Below, one piece after another: positions 46,383 to 57,028 of a stretch of DNA of 64,000 bases (the stretch's first letter is position 1; each line of letters begins with the position of its first letter). The stretch is from positions 1-64,000 of IMG/VR virus record IMGVR_UViG_3300028844_004047; one strand, written 5' to 3'. A program made the position numbers and the translations under genes. This DNA is from a virus. The notes below the pieces were generated by a model that was not told the origin of the DNA, searched no databases, and worked only from the letters and a program-made list of their open reading frames with translations.

Positions 46383-46852
46383 AACTAACAGATAACATAT
46401 TAAACATTATTACACAACCTGTGGTATTTGATACTATGGAAGATAAAATAGAGAACGAACGTCTATCTGTAATTATGTTTGGATTCATGCGAGAATCAAA
46501 TGGTATTGGTTTAGCGGCAAATCAAGTAGGAATAGATACTAGTTTATTTGTTACATTTACTGAAGGCAAGTATACTGCATTTTTTAATCCAGTATTAATA
46601 GAATGGAGTGATAGATTAGTTAAGTTTGATGAAGGGTGTTTAAGTTTCGAAGGCGAAAGTCTTATTGTAGAAAGACCTGAATGGATTAAACTTGAATGGC
46701 AAGATCACAAAGGAAACAAAAGTAAAAAAATATTACATGGAATTAGTGCTAGAGTATGTTTACACGAATACGACCACTTAAAAGGCATTACATTTCATCA
46801 ACGAATTAATAACACTAATATAACGGAAGATTTATTATATGTTAAGACCTAA
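46379..46852 (+). CDS. def: peptide deformylase
   Basis: GIGLAANQ, EGCLS, HEYDHL. Confidence 0.95.
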   Translation: MKLTDNILNIITQPVVFDTMEDKIENERLSVIMFGFMRESNGIGLAANQVGIDTSLFVTFTEGKYTAFFNPVLIEWSDRLVKFDEGCLSFEGESLIVERPEWIKLEWQDHKGNKSKKILHGISARVCLHEYDHLKGITFHQRINNTNITEDLLYVKT

Positions 46853-49175
46853 TCCAGAAATAGAATTAATTGTAGAAAAGGCTAGTGAGTTTGCCGCCAA
46901 ATACGGACACAGTTATGTTACTGTTGAACATTTATCACTTGCATTAATTAACTACAAAAACTTTAGAATTATGCTTGAAGAGTTTGGTGCTGACTTTGAC
47001 GGACTTAATGATTCATTTGTTAAGTATCTTACTGACAACCAATTTGGTAAAAAAGCAAAACAAGGCGAAGAAGTTAGACTTCTTAGAACACACGCATTAG
47101 AAAGAGTTTTTAATAGAGCATATACTCAAGTACTATTTGGTGGTAGAGAACATATGCAAACTATAGATATCTTTTTAAGCATCTATGCAGAAGAAAAAGG
47201 CTATTCAATTTACTTGTTTAAAAAGTTTGGTGTTAATAAAAAAGATTTAGTAGAATTCTTTAACGAAACATATGTACATGATAATCCATACAGTGGAGAA
47301 CTAGGCAGAGAAGACGCTGAACGTACACTAACAGAGTATTGTACAGATTTAAACAAACTAGCAGAAAAAGGTGAAGTTGATCCTGTAATAGGTAGACAAC
47401 ATGAAATTGATGAACTATGTCAGATACTAGGTAAAAGAAACAAAAGTAATGTATTACTAGTTGGTGATCCTGGTGTTGGTAAAACTGCTATTGCGGAAGG
47501 ACTAGCAGGTAAAATTGTTGCTGGCGAAGTTCCACAATATTTAAAAGAAGCAACAATTTATAGTTTAGATATTGGTGGTCTAGTTGCTGGTTCTAAATAT
47601 AGAGGCGAGTTCGAAGAAAAAATTAAAGATGTATTTGAAAGTTTACAAGCAAAGCCTGGTAGCATTGTGTTTATTGATGAAGCACATACAATGAGAGGTG
47701 CAGGTGCTACAAGTGGTAGTGGTCCTGATTTTGCACAAATGGTTAAGCCTTATATTACTAGAGGACTAAGAGTTATTGCAAGTACAACTTGGGAAGAATA
47801 CAACACAAGTTTTGAAAAAGATAGAGCATTGATGAGAAGGTTTTATAGACTTACTATTGATGAGCCAACTCCAGCAGTTGCAAAAGATATTTTAGTTGGA
47901 CTTAAAAAATATTTTGAAGAATACCATACTGCTAAAATTACAAAAAATGCCATCGAATCGGCAGTTGATTTAAGTGTAAGATATCAAACAGACAAGAGAT
48001 TGCCTGATAAAGCAATTGACTTAATTGATAGTGCTTGTGCTAAACAAAGACTATTAAACAGAAGTAATTTTACAATTAACAAGCCAAACATACTAGAAGA
48101 ATTAAGTAAAGCAGTTAAGATTCCTGTTGATCAATTAGGTAGTGCTAGTAGTGGTGTTAAAGTAGAAGAGAATTTAGAAACAATTGAAGGTAAAATTAAA
48201 ACAGGATTGTATGGACAAGACAAAGCAGTTGATACAATTATGGATAGAGTTACAGTAACAAGAGCAGGACTTAAATCACATAGTAAACCTGTTGGAAGTT
48301 ATTTGCTAGTAGGACCTACAGGTACTGGTAAAACAGAACTTGCTAAACTATTAAGCGAAAACTTACATATGAAACTTCTACGTTTTGATATGGGAGAGTA
48401 TCAAGAGAAACACACAGTTGCAAGACTGATTGGTGCACCTCCAGGATATGTAGGATACGAAGATGGTAACTTGGGTGGAGGTTTACTTGTAAGTCAAGTA
48501 GAGAAAGATCCTAATGCCATTATATTGTTTGACGAGATTGAAAAAGCACACCCAGATGTAACAAACGTATTGTTAAGTTTAATGGACGAAGGATTTGTTA
48601 CAAGTACAAATGGTAAAAAAGCAGATGCTAGAAACTGTATTGTATTAATGACAAGTAACTTAGGTGCAAAAGAATCTGAGAAAAGAGGCATTGGGTTTGG
48701 TGCTAGTGAAGAAAATGCAGAAGCAAGTACTGAAGAAGTTAAAAAGTTTTTTGCTCCTGAATTTAGAAACAGATTAGATGGTACTATTAAGTTTAATAAA
48801 CTTGATAAGAGTATTATGCGTAAAATTGTTATTAAGTTTATTGATGAAATAAATGAACTAATGATTGAAAAAGGTTTACATATTACTATTAGCGAAAGTG
48901 CAGTAGAAGAACTTGCTAAAAAAGGATACGAACCTAGTATGGGTGCAAGACCTTTAAAACGTGTAATTGAAAATGAAATTAAGATACCATTGTCTAAGTC
49001 TATTATTAGAGACAAGCCAATTGCAGGAACTAATATTATATTAAAATACGAAGATGATAAGTTTACTTTTGAATACAAACCAGAAGAAGTTATTGTCGAC
49101 AAGTTAGCACATAATCCTGGTGTTGACGAAGATGGCTTAATAGTTTTAGACCAATTCAAACCAAAAGTACAATAG
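46839..49175 (+). CDS. clpA: ATP-dependent Clp protease ATPase ClpA
   Basis: Clp N-domain, two AAA modules ([16 protein letters not shown]), IGF ClpP-docking loop. Confidence 0.93.
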   Translation: MLRPNPEIELIVEKASEFAAKYGHSYVTVEHLSLALINYKNFRIMLEEFGADFDGLNDSFVKYLTDNQFGKKAKQGEEVRLLRTHALERVFNRAYTQVLFGGREHMQTIDIFLSIYAEEKGYSIYLFKKFGVNKKDLVEFFNETYVHDNPYSGELGREDAERTLTEYCTDLNKLAEKGEVDPVIGRQHEIDELCQILGKRNKSNVLLVGDPGVGKTAIAEGLAGKIVAGEVPQYLKEATIYSLDIGGLVAGSKYRGEFEEKIKDVFESLQAKPGSIVFIDEAHTMRGAGATSGSGPDFAQMVKPYITRGLRVIASTTWEEYNTSFEKDRALMRRFYRLTIDEPTPAVAKDILVGLKKYFEEYHTAKITKNAIESAVDLSVRYQTDKRLPDKAIDLIDSACAKQRLLNRSNFTINKPNILEELSKAVKIPVDQLGSASSGVKVEENLETIEGKIKTGLYGQDKAVDTIMDRVTVTRAGLKSHSKPVGSYLLVGPTGTGKTELAKLLSENLHMKLLRFDMGEYQEKHTVARLIGAPPGYVGYEDGNLGGGLLVSQVEKDPNAIILFDEIEKAHPDVTNVLLSLMDEGFVTSTNGKKADARNCIVLMTSNLGAKESEKRGIGFGASEENAEASTEEVKKFFAPEFRNRLDGTIKFNKLDKSIMRKIVIKFIDEINELMIEKGLHITISESAVEELAKKGYEPSMGARPLKRVIENEIKIPLSKSIIRDKPIAGTNIILKYEDDKFTFEYKPEEVIVDKLAHNPGVDEDGLIVLDQFKPKVQ

Positions 49176-49202
49176 ACATATTTCATTAAGATAAGTATTA
49201 GT

Positions 49203-49898
49203 ATGACTAGTACTAGTGAAAGATTATTCTATAATCAGTATCAATACCGCATTAGGTTTATGTTAAGACGAGGCGGATCGTTGCTACGAAGTATCTATCG
49301 ATATAAAGATGTAAATCATATACTATCTACACTCGATGATTTTAGAAATAGAGAACTTGAGTACAAAAATACTTCTAAAGGTTTTCATTCAAATGGAGAC
49401 AGTCTTTGGACTTTAGATAATAAAGAAGTTGAAGACTTATTATCTTTGTTTGTGTATAGAGAAAATTTTGATAATCTAGGCAAAGTTAGAGTTGAATGTC
49501 CTAATGTAGACTTTTATTCTAATAATGAAGATTATATAAAACGTGCTGAAGATATTGGTATAGAAAATTTAGAAATTACTAGGAGTCTTACTGAAGAGCC
49601 TAATACTATTATTACTGAAAAACTACCATACGGCGTATACAATTTAAAGTGTATGACAAAATATTGTTGGGTAGCAGATGATGTTGTAGTAGCATTACTA
49701 AATTATCAAGACTCTGGGGAAATTAAGTTTCCATGGACTTGGGAAACAAGAAGAATGTATACAAATCACAACAATGTATATAGACAAGAAAAACCCTTGC
49801 CAGAGTACATTTATGCTTTAAACGAAGATAGCCTTACTATGCTTGGCTTAATAGCAGGTAACGTAATTAATACAATATACTCTTACAAGATAGCATAA
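49203..49898 (+). CDS. hypothetical protein
   Basis: 231-aa ORF with internal LFY..Y.Y-type repeat. Confidence 0.7.
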   Translation: MTSTSERLFYNQYQYRIRFMLRRGGSLLRSIYRYKDVNHILSTLDDFRNRELEYKNTSKGFHSNGDSLWTLDNKEVEDLLSLFVYRENFDNLGKVRVECPNVDFYSNNEDYIKRAEDIGIENLEITRSLTEEPNTIITEKLPYGVYNLKCMTKYCWVADDVVVALLNYQDSGEIKFPWTWETRRMYTNHNNVYRQEKPLPEYIYALNEDSLTMLGLIAGNVINTIYSYKIA

Positions 49899-49923
49899 AT
49901 AGTTACATAATTAGGAATATAAC

Positions 49924-50286
49924 ATGACAACAACATTAATCACAACTACAACACATGGTGCCGCAAATGGTAATTATGATGGATCAGCAACTTCATTTTT
50001 TAGTGAAAAGAGTGCAGGTGATGGTTATTACGGATATACAGATGGTGTACACACTGTTGCAGGATTTCCAAATGCATTTGTTGGAACTATTACATTCCAA
50101 GGAACGTTAGCACAAGATCCAGCATCAACTGATTGGTTTGATATTCCAGGTATCACAATTGGTAATGGTGCAACTACAGTCAGCGATGCAGTAACAGGTA
50201 ACTTCACAGGTAACTTTGTTTGGATTAGAGCTAAAGTAGAAAACTTCACAGCCGGAACAATTACAAAAGTACAATTCAATTATTAA
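49924..50286 (+). CDS. small beta-rich virion protein
   Basis: Late motif; GDGYYG, QGTLA..P...DWF, GNFVWIRA. Confidence 0.7.
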   Translation: MTTTLITTTTHGAANGNYDGSATSFFSEKSAGDGYYGYTDGVHTVAGFPNAFVGTITFQGTLAQDPASTDWFDIPGITIGNGATTVSDAVTGNFTGNFVWIRAKVENFTAGTITKVQFNY

Positions 50287-50295
50287 GGGTTTCAA

Positions 50296-50988
50296 TTGTC
50301 TAAAGAACACAAGTTTAATGAAACAGAGATTTCATTAATTAAAAACAGCCACGTTAGTTTCATGGTTCCGTGTTACGGAGGTGCTGTCTTTGAAAATTTC
50401 TTTGTTAGTTTTAGTAGACACATTATCAATATGAATGGAAACGGTTTAAGATTTTCATTAGAAACTATTGCTAACGAAAGTTTAGTTACTAGAGCAAGAA
50501 ACAATCTTGTTGCAAAGGGAATGGCAAATCCTACTGCAACACATCTAATGTTTATTGATGCTGATATTGGATTTGAAACATTAGATGTTTATAAATTAAT
50601 AGCCTCTGATAAAGATGTTATAGGTGGCTTATACCCTAAAAAGAATTACCCAGTACAATATGTAATTAATACTATACCAGGCGAAGAACAACAAGAATCA
50701 GGCATACAAGAAGTACACGATATTGGTACTGGCTTTTTATTAATAAAAAGACACGTTATAGAAATGATGTTTCAACGTTATACAGATTTAAAGTATAAAA
50801 ATTCTTTGAATCTGGATACTAAATTTGAGCCATTTATGTATGCCCTATTTGATACTTGGCTATTACCCGATGGCAACTATTTAAGTGAAGACTACACATT
50901 CTGTAAACGTTGGAAAGATATGGGTGGTAAGATATTTGCACACAATGACGTTAGATTAAGGCATTCGGGTTACCATACGTTCCGTTAG
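50296..50988 (+). CDS. GT-A glycosyltransferase-like protein
   Basis: ESLVTRARN, FIDADI (DxD), GTGFLLIKR, LSEDYTFC. Confidence 0.85.
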   Translation: MSKEHKFNETEISLIKNSHVSFMVPCYGGAVFENFFVSFSRHIINMNGNGLRFSLETIANESLVTRARNNLVAKGMANPTATHLMFIDADIGFETLDVYKLIASDKDVIGGLYPKKNYPVQYVINTIPGEEQQESGIQEVHDIGTGFLLIKRHVIEMMFQRYTDLKYKNSLNLDTKFEPFMYALFDTWLLPDGNYLSEDYTFCKRWKDMGGKIFAHNDVRLRHSGYHTFR

Positions 50989-51020
50989 CATTCACATAAA
51001 TACACTATATAGGAGCAAGT

Positions 51021-52271
51021 ATGAATCATTTAGTAGTTTATCCAGGTAGATTTCATCCTTTTCATAAGGGCCATGCTAGTGTATATAATGCATTAGTAAA
51101 GAAATTCGGTGCGGATAAAGTATTCATATCAACAAGTGATAAAGTTGTTCCACCTAAAAGTCCTTTCTCATTCGAAGAAAAGAAAAAGATGATGATGCTT
51201 ACAGGTGTTCCTGAAAGTGCTATTATTCAAACTAAAAATCCATACCAAGCACAAGAACTTGTTTCAAAGTATGATCCTGCAGATACTATATTAATGTTTG
51301 CAGTGAGTGAAAAGGATATGGCTGAAGATCCACGTTTTACATTCCAACCTAAAAAAGATGGTAGCCCTAGTTACTTTCAAAAAGCAGGTAAGGATATGCA
51401 GTCATTAGATAAGCATGGATATATTGTTGCAGTACCTACTTTAAGTTTTAAAGTATTAGGTAAGCCAATGAAAAGTGCAACAGAATTTAGAAGTAATTTT
51501 GCAAAAGCAGATACTGACACACAAGAGAAAATGATTACAGATTTATTTGGAAAATATGATCCTAGTGTACACGAATTAATGACAGCCAAAATTACAGAAA
51601 TGGCAGATTTGTATAACAAGTATCCTGTTTATAAAAAAGTTCCAGAAGCCGCAGGTGTTGGTATTGTTACAAAACAAAACGCAACTAAAGATAGCCCTGT
51701 AGGCAGTGAATATGACAACGTAAAGAAATTAAAATTAAGTAGTAAAAGTAAAAAGCCGTACATCTCTAGAATGATGGAAGTAACAAAAGCAATAAAAGAG
51801 TTAAAAGAAGCAAAGGCGCTAACAGTTCAGGATTCCATGAAGATCAATAGTAAACTAGAACAGTTGAAAGCAGTAGTTCAAATACATAACAACACAAAGA
51901 TTGTTGAAAGCCTGTATGCATTAGACAAAGAAGACATTATGAACAGTGAAGTATTAGTTCAAGGTGTTGGACGTTATAGCATTAAGTCATTAATGGCAAA
52001 TGTTCATAGCAAGTTACAAGACTTGTCCGATGAAGCAGGTAAAAATGAACCAACTAATTTTAAAAATATCAAAAGTAAACTAGACAGCGGAATATTGCAA
52101 TTAATGGTTAAGTCGTTGGAAGATGCTTTTAATCAAATCGAAAATACTAGACGTGCAGGTGGTAAAGCCAGTCAAGGTATTCCTAAAAATGTTTTTGATA
52201 GTTTTGAAACAGATTTAAGGGAATCATGGCAAAAAAGAAAATTGACGAAAAACAATACTGGACAAAATTAA
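51021..52271 (+). CDS. HIGH-motif nucleotidyltransferase-like domain fused to extra modules
   Basis: YPGRFHPFHKGH, SPFSFEEK, SATEFR; late motif. Confidence 0.8.
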   Translation: MNHLVVYPGRFHPFHKGHASVYNALVKKFGADKVFISTSDKVVPPKSPFSFEEKKKMMMLTGVPESAIIQTKNPYQAQELVSKYDPADTILMFAVSEKDMAEDPRFTFQPKKDGSPSYFQKAGKDMQSLDKHGYIVAVPTLSFKVLGKPMKSATEFRSNFAKADTDTQEKMITDLFGKYDPSVHELMTAKITEMADLYNKYPVYKKVPEAAGVGIVTKQNATKDSPVGSEYDNVKKLKLSSKSKKPYISRMMEVTKAIKELKEAKALTVQDSMKINSKLEQLKAVVQIHNNTKIVESLYALDKEDIMNSEVLVQGVGRYSIKSLMANVHSKLQDLSDEAGKNEPTNFKNIKSKLDSGILQLMVKSLEDAFNQIENTRRAGGKASQGIPKNVFDSFETDLRESWQKRKLTKNNTGQN

Positions 52272-52522
52272 AAAAGAAGTCGCCTAAATACCCAGACTTT
52301 ACTTGTCCTAGTGTAGACGATATACTAGAACGTATTGCAAAAGTTCAAAGTAAACAAAAATTATCACAGTGGCAACACAAATTGATAATAAAGAGAATGG
52401 AAGAGTTAAGAACAGACAATGAACAGTTGAGAGAAAGTGGCAGATACTGGCACGAAACTTGTAAAACAACAGTTGAAGATATGTTTGACCTTAACAAAGA
52501 AAGTAAATGGAAGAAAAAATAA
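52226..52522 (+). CDS. hypothetical protein
   Basis: PDFTCPSVD..ME.LR..N.QLR. Confidence 0.65.
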   Translation: MAKKKIDEKQYWTKLKKKSPKYPDFTCPSVDDILERIAKVQSKQKLSQWQHKLIIKRMEELRTDNEQLRESGRYWHETCKTTVEDMFDLNKESKWKKK

Positions 52523-53943
52523 TGTCTTATTCGTGGTTAAAAGAATATTCAAATGACAGTGTACCTGTTACACAAGGTGACTTGAATAAACTTGAAGACT
52601 ATGCTGACAAGTTATTTTCTAAAGTTGGTGTAGACGTAGAGTTTACTAGACACTTTCTTGATAGAGTAAATGATACTCGTAACCAAAAACAAATTAATGT
52701 TGCAGAACTTATTAGAATCTTTAAGCAAGAGTACAAGTACTACGGCAAAAAGATTGCACAACTAGGTCCAGATGCAGAAGCAGTAATGAAAGATATGAGA
52801 ACAGATGTTAACATACCATTTGCTTTACGTTGGGATAGTGCTAATAACGAACTAGATCTCATTGCTAAAACTGTGATGCGTAAGAAAGATTTTAAAACTA
52901 GTAATCCTGAATTTGCAGTAGAAGAATTTAGTTGGACTGAAGCAGAAGAAGATAACACTAAAGAATGGCAAAAGATGTATGGCGATTATGCAGAGACAAA
53001 CATCTTTGAAGACTTGGCACCCGAGTCTGAATTATATGTAGATATGGACGGCGTACTTGCAGACTTTTTTGGCGAGTGGGCTAAACTAATGGGTGTGGAC
53101 AGTTGGCGTAATATTAAAGACATTGATTCAGCATTAAACAAAATTAAACAACAGCCTAACTTTTGGATTAACTTACCAATGACAAGTAATGCTTTACAAC
53201 TATTAAGTGCCATTAAAGCATATAAAGGCAAATATAATATATTAAGTGCTCCATTAGCCGGCGATAAAAATAGTGTCCCACAAAAGAAAGAATGGATTAA
53301 AAAGAATTTAAGTTCTTTCCCACCACAAAAAATTATTATAGATCCTAACAAATCTAAATATGCTAAACAACCAGACGGAACACCAAACGGTTTAATTGAT
53401 GACTATGGTGATAATATTCGTAAATGGGAACAAGCAGGCGGTATTGCTATTAAACATAATAACAAAAACATAGATAGAACTATATCTAAATTGGATTCAG
53501 AAATTAACGAAGATCCATTCCATGATATTAGTAGATTTATTAACAGAATAACTTCACCAAAATCATACAAATATGCAGTAGAATTGTTACATAAAATTCT
53601 ACAACGTAAAGAACAAGAAGATGGTAAACTAAAACATAGTTTAGGTTACTATGCTCAATCAGTAGCAAATACTATTAAAGGTGCTGATTGGCGTAATATA
53701 GTAAAATTATATATTAAGCAGTATGGCGATGAAGCCGTTTTACAAGACGACGTGATAAAAGAAAACGGTATAATTACAGATCAAAATACTACTGATGATG
53801 TTAAACCGGGAGAAACACAACGACAAGCATTAAAATTTGGAAATAAGATAGATAAAAAAGGTAGTCCGCCGTTACTACACACATCAGCGGCGAAAAACAG
53901 TGACCCTAACACATTAAGCAACTTAGGTATAGGGAATAAATAA
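52522..53943 (+). CDS. multidomain protein: RelE/BECR-like domain, HAD nucleotidase and two further modules
   Basis: VEFTRHFLDRVND..AKTVMRK; LYVDMDGVLADF..LIDDY..W. Confidence 0.75.
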   Translation: MSYSWLKEYSNDSVPVTQGDLNKLEDYADKLFSKVGVDVEFTRHFLDRVNDTRNQKQINVAELIRIFKQEYKYYGKKIAQLGPDAEAVMKDMRTDVNIPFALRWDSANNELDLIAKTVMRKKDFKTSNPEFAVEEFSWTEAEEDNTKEWQKMYGDYAETNIFEDLAPESELYVDMDGVLADFFGEWAKLMGVDSWRNIKDIDSALNKIKQQPNFWINLPMTSNALQLLSAIKAYKGKYNILSAPLAGDKNSVPQKKEWIKKNLSSFPPQKIIIDPNKSKYAKQPDGTPNGLIDDYGDNIRKWEQAGGIAIKHNNKNIDRTISKLDSEINEDPFHDISRFINRITSPKSYKYAVELLHKILQRKEQEDGKLKHSLGYYAQSVANTIKGADWRNIVKLYIKQYGDEAVLQDDVIKENGIITDQNTTDDVKPGETQRQALKFGNKIDKKGSPPLLHTSAAKNSDPNTLSNLGIGNK

Positions 53944-53962
53944 TAAGACAAGGAGACTTGTT

Positions 53963-54268
53963 ATGGATTATCAAGATAGAGTACAATGGATCGTCGAGGA
54001 ACTAGATAGTTTATTAGAAGATTTTACAGGAAAAGAAAAACCTGGAAGTCGCCCAGGCAGTTTAAAACGCAAAGCGGCACAGTACTTAGGCAAAGGTGCT
54101 GGCGATAAGTTAAGTAAAACAGATTTAAAAAACCTTAGAGCTAAAGCAAATCATTTAAAAAAAAGTTCTAAGAAAAGTGAGAGAGACAGAGGCAACCAAT
54201 TAGCAAAGCAAGTTAATTTTGCATATAACTTTAAGGTAGCCGAAGATAAAAACAATGAGATTATTTGA
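53963..54268 (+). CDS. basic putative internal head protein
   Basis: Acidic leader ending LLE, then K/R-rich body. Confidence 0.65.
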   Translation: MDYQDRVQWIVEELDSLLEDFTGKEKPGSRPGSLKRKAAQYLGKGAGDKLSKTDLKNLRAKANHLKKSSKKSERDRGNQLAKQVNFAYNFKVAEDKNNEII

Positions 54269-54443
54269 ATTAGAACAAAAAGCATTAACGGAAGAACAGT
54301 TTGACGAAGCGGCTGGTAAAAAGGACGCTTGTTATCATAAAGTTAAATCACGTTATAAAGTTTGGCCCAGTGCCTATGCCAGCGGTGCACTAGTTAAGTG
54401 TAGAAAAGTTGGTGCGGCTAATTGGGGTAAAAGTAAAAAGTAA
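54255..54443 (+). CDS. basic putative internal head protein
   Basis: MRLFEL..FDE; KDACYHKVKSRYKVWPSAYASGALVKCR. Confidence 0.7.
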   Translation: MRLFELEQKALTEEQFDEAAGKKDACYHKVKSRYKVWPSAYASGALVKCRKVGAANWGKSKK

Positions 54444-54745
54444 TGAGAGCATCTGAATTTATCAGTGAAGACCTAAGAGCATGGTTCGGCAAAGGCAAGA
54501 AGGGCGGAGCCGGAGGTGGTGGTTGGGATCGCTATAATACTAAAGGCGAACGTATTGGTAAATGCGGAGATAGAAGCAAAGGTGAAGGCAAACCTAAATG
54601 CTTGTCTAAATCACGTGCGGCTAGTTTAAGAGCCAAGGGCGGTAAAAAAGCAATCGCGGCGGCTGTTAATAAAAAACGCAGAGATGATCCAAAAAAGAAT
54701 CGCAAAGGCAAAGCGAAAAACGTTTCTAATAAAGTTAAAAAATAG
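54443..54745 (+). CDS. very basic putative internal head protein
   Basis: MRASEFISE leader; K/G-rich. Confidence 0.7.
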   Translation: MRASEFISEDLRAWFGKGKKGGAGGGGWDRYNTKGERIGKCGDRSKGEGKPKCLSKSRAASLRAKGGKKAIAAAVNKKRRDDPKKNRKGKAKNVSNKVKK

Positions 54746-54802
54746 TTCTTGACTTTATGATCAAAATTATGTATTATACAAGCATAAGGAAAACAATCAA
54801 AC

Positions 54803-55588
54803 ATGGCGCATAAAGACGACAAATATACCAAAGACGGTAAAAAGATCGACTGGATAAAAAACAGACCTTCAGCACCTAATTACTATAAACATAGATTCAT
54901 TAATGATGGTGTTACTGCATGGCAAATGCCTGACCCATCACAAGAAGATATTATGTGTGAGTTACAATTACAAGCCATTGGCGACTTTGCTCCTTTAGAT
55001 ATTACAATAGATGAAAGTTTATTTAGAAAAGAATTAAAACAATACGAAGATAAATGGGTACCTTACTTAAGACGTGAAGGGGTTACTAATGATAGAGAAG
55101 GATTATTGTTAGTAGGTGCTGAAGGAGATTCAGTAGGAGATAGTTTAAGTATGCCTGAAGTTAGAAAACGTTTAGGCGAAATACCAGGTAAACGTCTTTT
55201 AGAAACAGATTTATGTTACCCAACAGAAGCATTTCATAATTTAACTGCCTTATACCCAATAACAAAATACTTTGATAAGTTAGGCAGATCCATGCTAGTA
55301 AAATTAAACAAAGGCGGTTGGTTCCCACCACATAGAGATACACCACAATTAAGCAGAGATTGTTTTAGAGTGGTAGGCTTCTTAAGTAGAAGTTGTGGGC
55401 ATGGTGGATTTATGTGGGAACATGATTATAGACCTGTACAAATAGAACCTATGCGTTGTTATTATGCAGATACAAGAAAAACTCATAGAACCGCGGCATT
55501 TGATTCCGATATTATTCATTTAGTAATTAACGTTCCTAAAACTTGGGAAAACGTATTAAAATTATTAAGTATCACCGAACATCATTAA
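54803..55588 (+). CDS. aspartyl/asparaginyl beta-hydroxylase-like 2OG-Fe(II) cupin
   Basis: GGWFPPHRD, DTRKTH, IHLVINV; sigma70-type promoter near 54749. Confidence 0.75.
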   Translation: MAHKDDKYTKDGKKIDWIKNRPSAPNYYKHRFINDGVTAWQMPDPSQEDIMCELQLQAIGDFAPLDITIDESLFRKELKQYEDKWVPYLRREGVTNDREGLLLVGAEGDSVGDSLSMPEVRKRLGEIPGKRLLETDLCYPTEAFHNLTALYPITKYFDKLGRSMLVKLNKGGWFPPHRDTPQLSRDCFRVVGFLSRSCGHGGFMWEHDYRPVQIEPMRCYYADTRKTHRTAAFDSDIIHLVINVPKTWENVLKLLSITEHH

Positions 55589-55604
55589 TTACATAAATAC
55601 TAGT

Positions 55605-55832
55605 ATGAAAATTTGGGAAATAACATCAATAGACGACAGTGTAACCGAAGACGCAACACCGGGTGCTACAGATAGTGGTGCAATGGCTGGAGCGGCTGTG
55701 GCATTTCCATTGTTTGGCGATCCTAAAAAGGCTCGTAAAGCAGTAGATCCATACGGATATACAACGCCTAAGGGTAAAAAGAAGACTAAATTCCCACCAT
55801 ACACTAAAAAAGTTAAATCAATATTCGCATAA
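55605..55832 (+). CDS. putative internal head protein
   Basis: MKIWEI..VTEDATPGAT; late motif. Confidence 0.65.
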   Translation: MKIWEITSIDDSVTEDATPGATDSGAMAGAAVAFPLFGDPKKARKAVDPYGYTTPKGKKKTKFPPYTKKVKSIFA

Positions 55833-55938
55833 TCCACTGTTTAAGTATAGTGTATTAATGTCTATTGGTGTTAATATAAGATAGTTTATTTGTTCATAAA
55901 GAATAAATACAACATAGTACAAAGAAATTGGAGTTATT

Positions 55939-56283
55939 ATGAGAGCAAAACACTTTAAAAAGAAAATTAATGAAGATGTGTCCTCTGACGCCAAATTAAT
56001 GGAATTAGACCACGAAGTAAACATGGCAAAAAGCGATTTGTATAAAATCGCCAAGTATGCTATTGAACTTCATAAAATCTTACAAAATGTATCCGAAGAA
56101 CAAGGCCTTGAAGGCTGGGTACAGGCAAAAATTACAAAATCGGCAGATTATATGAGTAGTGTTAAACACCACTTAGAATACAAGGAACCAGGTGATGATG
56201 TTCAAATCGTTGCGGTACCTGCCGAACAACCTCAGGCTGAGATGCCAGCAATTCAACCACAAGAGTCAATCAAGGAAGAGTAA
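55939..56283 (+). CDS. putative head/core protein
   Basis: MRAKHF..INE; DHEV.MA..L, LEGWVQAKIT.SADY. Confidence 0.7.
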   Translation: MRAKHFKKKINEDVSSDAKLMELDHEVNMAKSDLYKIAKYAIELHKILQNVSEEQGLEGWVQAKITKSADYMSSVKHHLEYKEPGDDVQIVAVPAEQPQAEMPAIQPQESIKEE

Positions 56284-56284
56284 T

Positions 56285-57028
56285 ATGTCAGAAGATTTTG
56301 CAACACTAGTATCTAAACTTAATGAAATGTCAGAAGATAATTATCAAAAAGAAGAAGAAGTAACAAAAGAAGTTGTTACTGAATCTGCAAATGATATGCG
56401 TGGCATATTAGACAAGTTTAATACAGTTACAGAATCTAACATATTAGCACAAAAAGGCAATGTCAAAATGGTAATGACTGAAAGTCATACAGACCATTTT
56501 AACGTTGATGTTATGATCGATGATGATGTTGTTGCTAGTGGTCAATATGACAGACTAGATAATGCATATACAATCGATAGCGATGACTTTACTAGTGCTG
56601 ACGAAGTATTAGAAGCATTCGCACAAACGGCACATGAAGAAGGCAAAGAGTTTAAAGAATCAGAAGTTGTAGCAGAAGCAACACCTGATGAAGCCTATGT
56701 TCATAATATGTTTGAAAAAGCATCAGCAATGATTAATTCATTGGAAAAAGTATTTAGACAAGATGGTTTAATGATGAAGAAGATTGATGCTATTGGTGGT
56801 GACACTAGTTGTTGCAATCGTATAGCAGAAGCTCTGTCAGATGCATATGAATCATTAGAAGATGGTCACTATGATGCAATGGCACATATTCATAACGAAA
56901 GTAAATTAAAAGCAGAACTAGAGGCGGCTTTAAATGAAGAGCCTGTAGAAGAAGAAAAGAAAAACTGCGGTTGCGGACAAGATCCGTGTGTAACATACGG
57001 TGAGGAAAAAAGCAATGAAAGTGAATGA
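56285..57028 (+). CDS. acidic modular head/core protein
   Basis: Repeated VTES/xxE linkers; CGCGQDPCVTYG module. Confidence 0.7.
   Translation: MSEDFATLVSKLNEMSEDNYQKEEEVTKEVVTESANDMRGILDKFNTVTESNILAQKGNVKMVMTESHTDHFNVDVMIDDDVVASGQYDRLDNAYTIDSDDFTSADEVLEAFAQTAHEEGKEFKESEVVAEATPDEAYVHNMFEKASAMINSLEKVFRQDGLMMKKIDAIGGDTSCCNRIAEALSDAYESLEDGHYDAMAHIHNESKLKAELEAALNEEPVEEEKKNCGCGQDPCVTYGEEKSNESE

Noticed and set aside
48494-49186. 230-aa minus-strand ORF (also 62611-63273 and many short antisense ORFs)
   Set aside because: Shadow frames opposite well-supported genes, with no RBS, promoter or motifs
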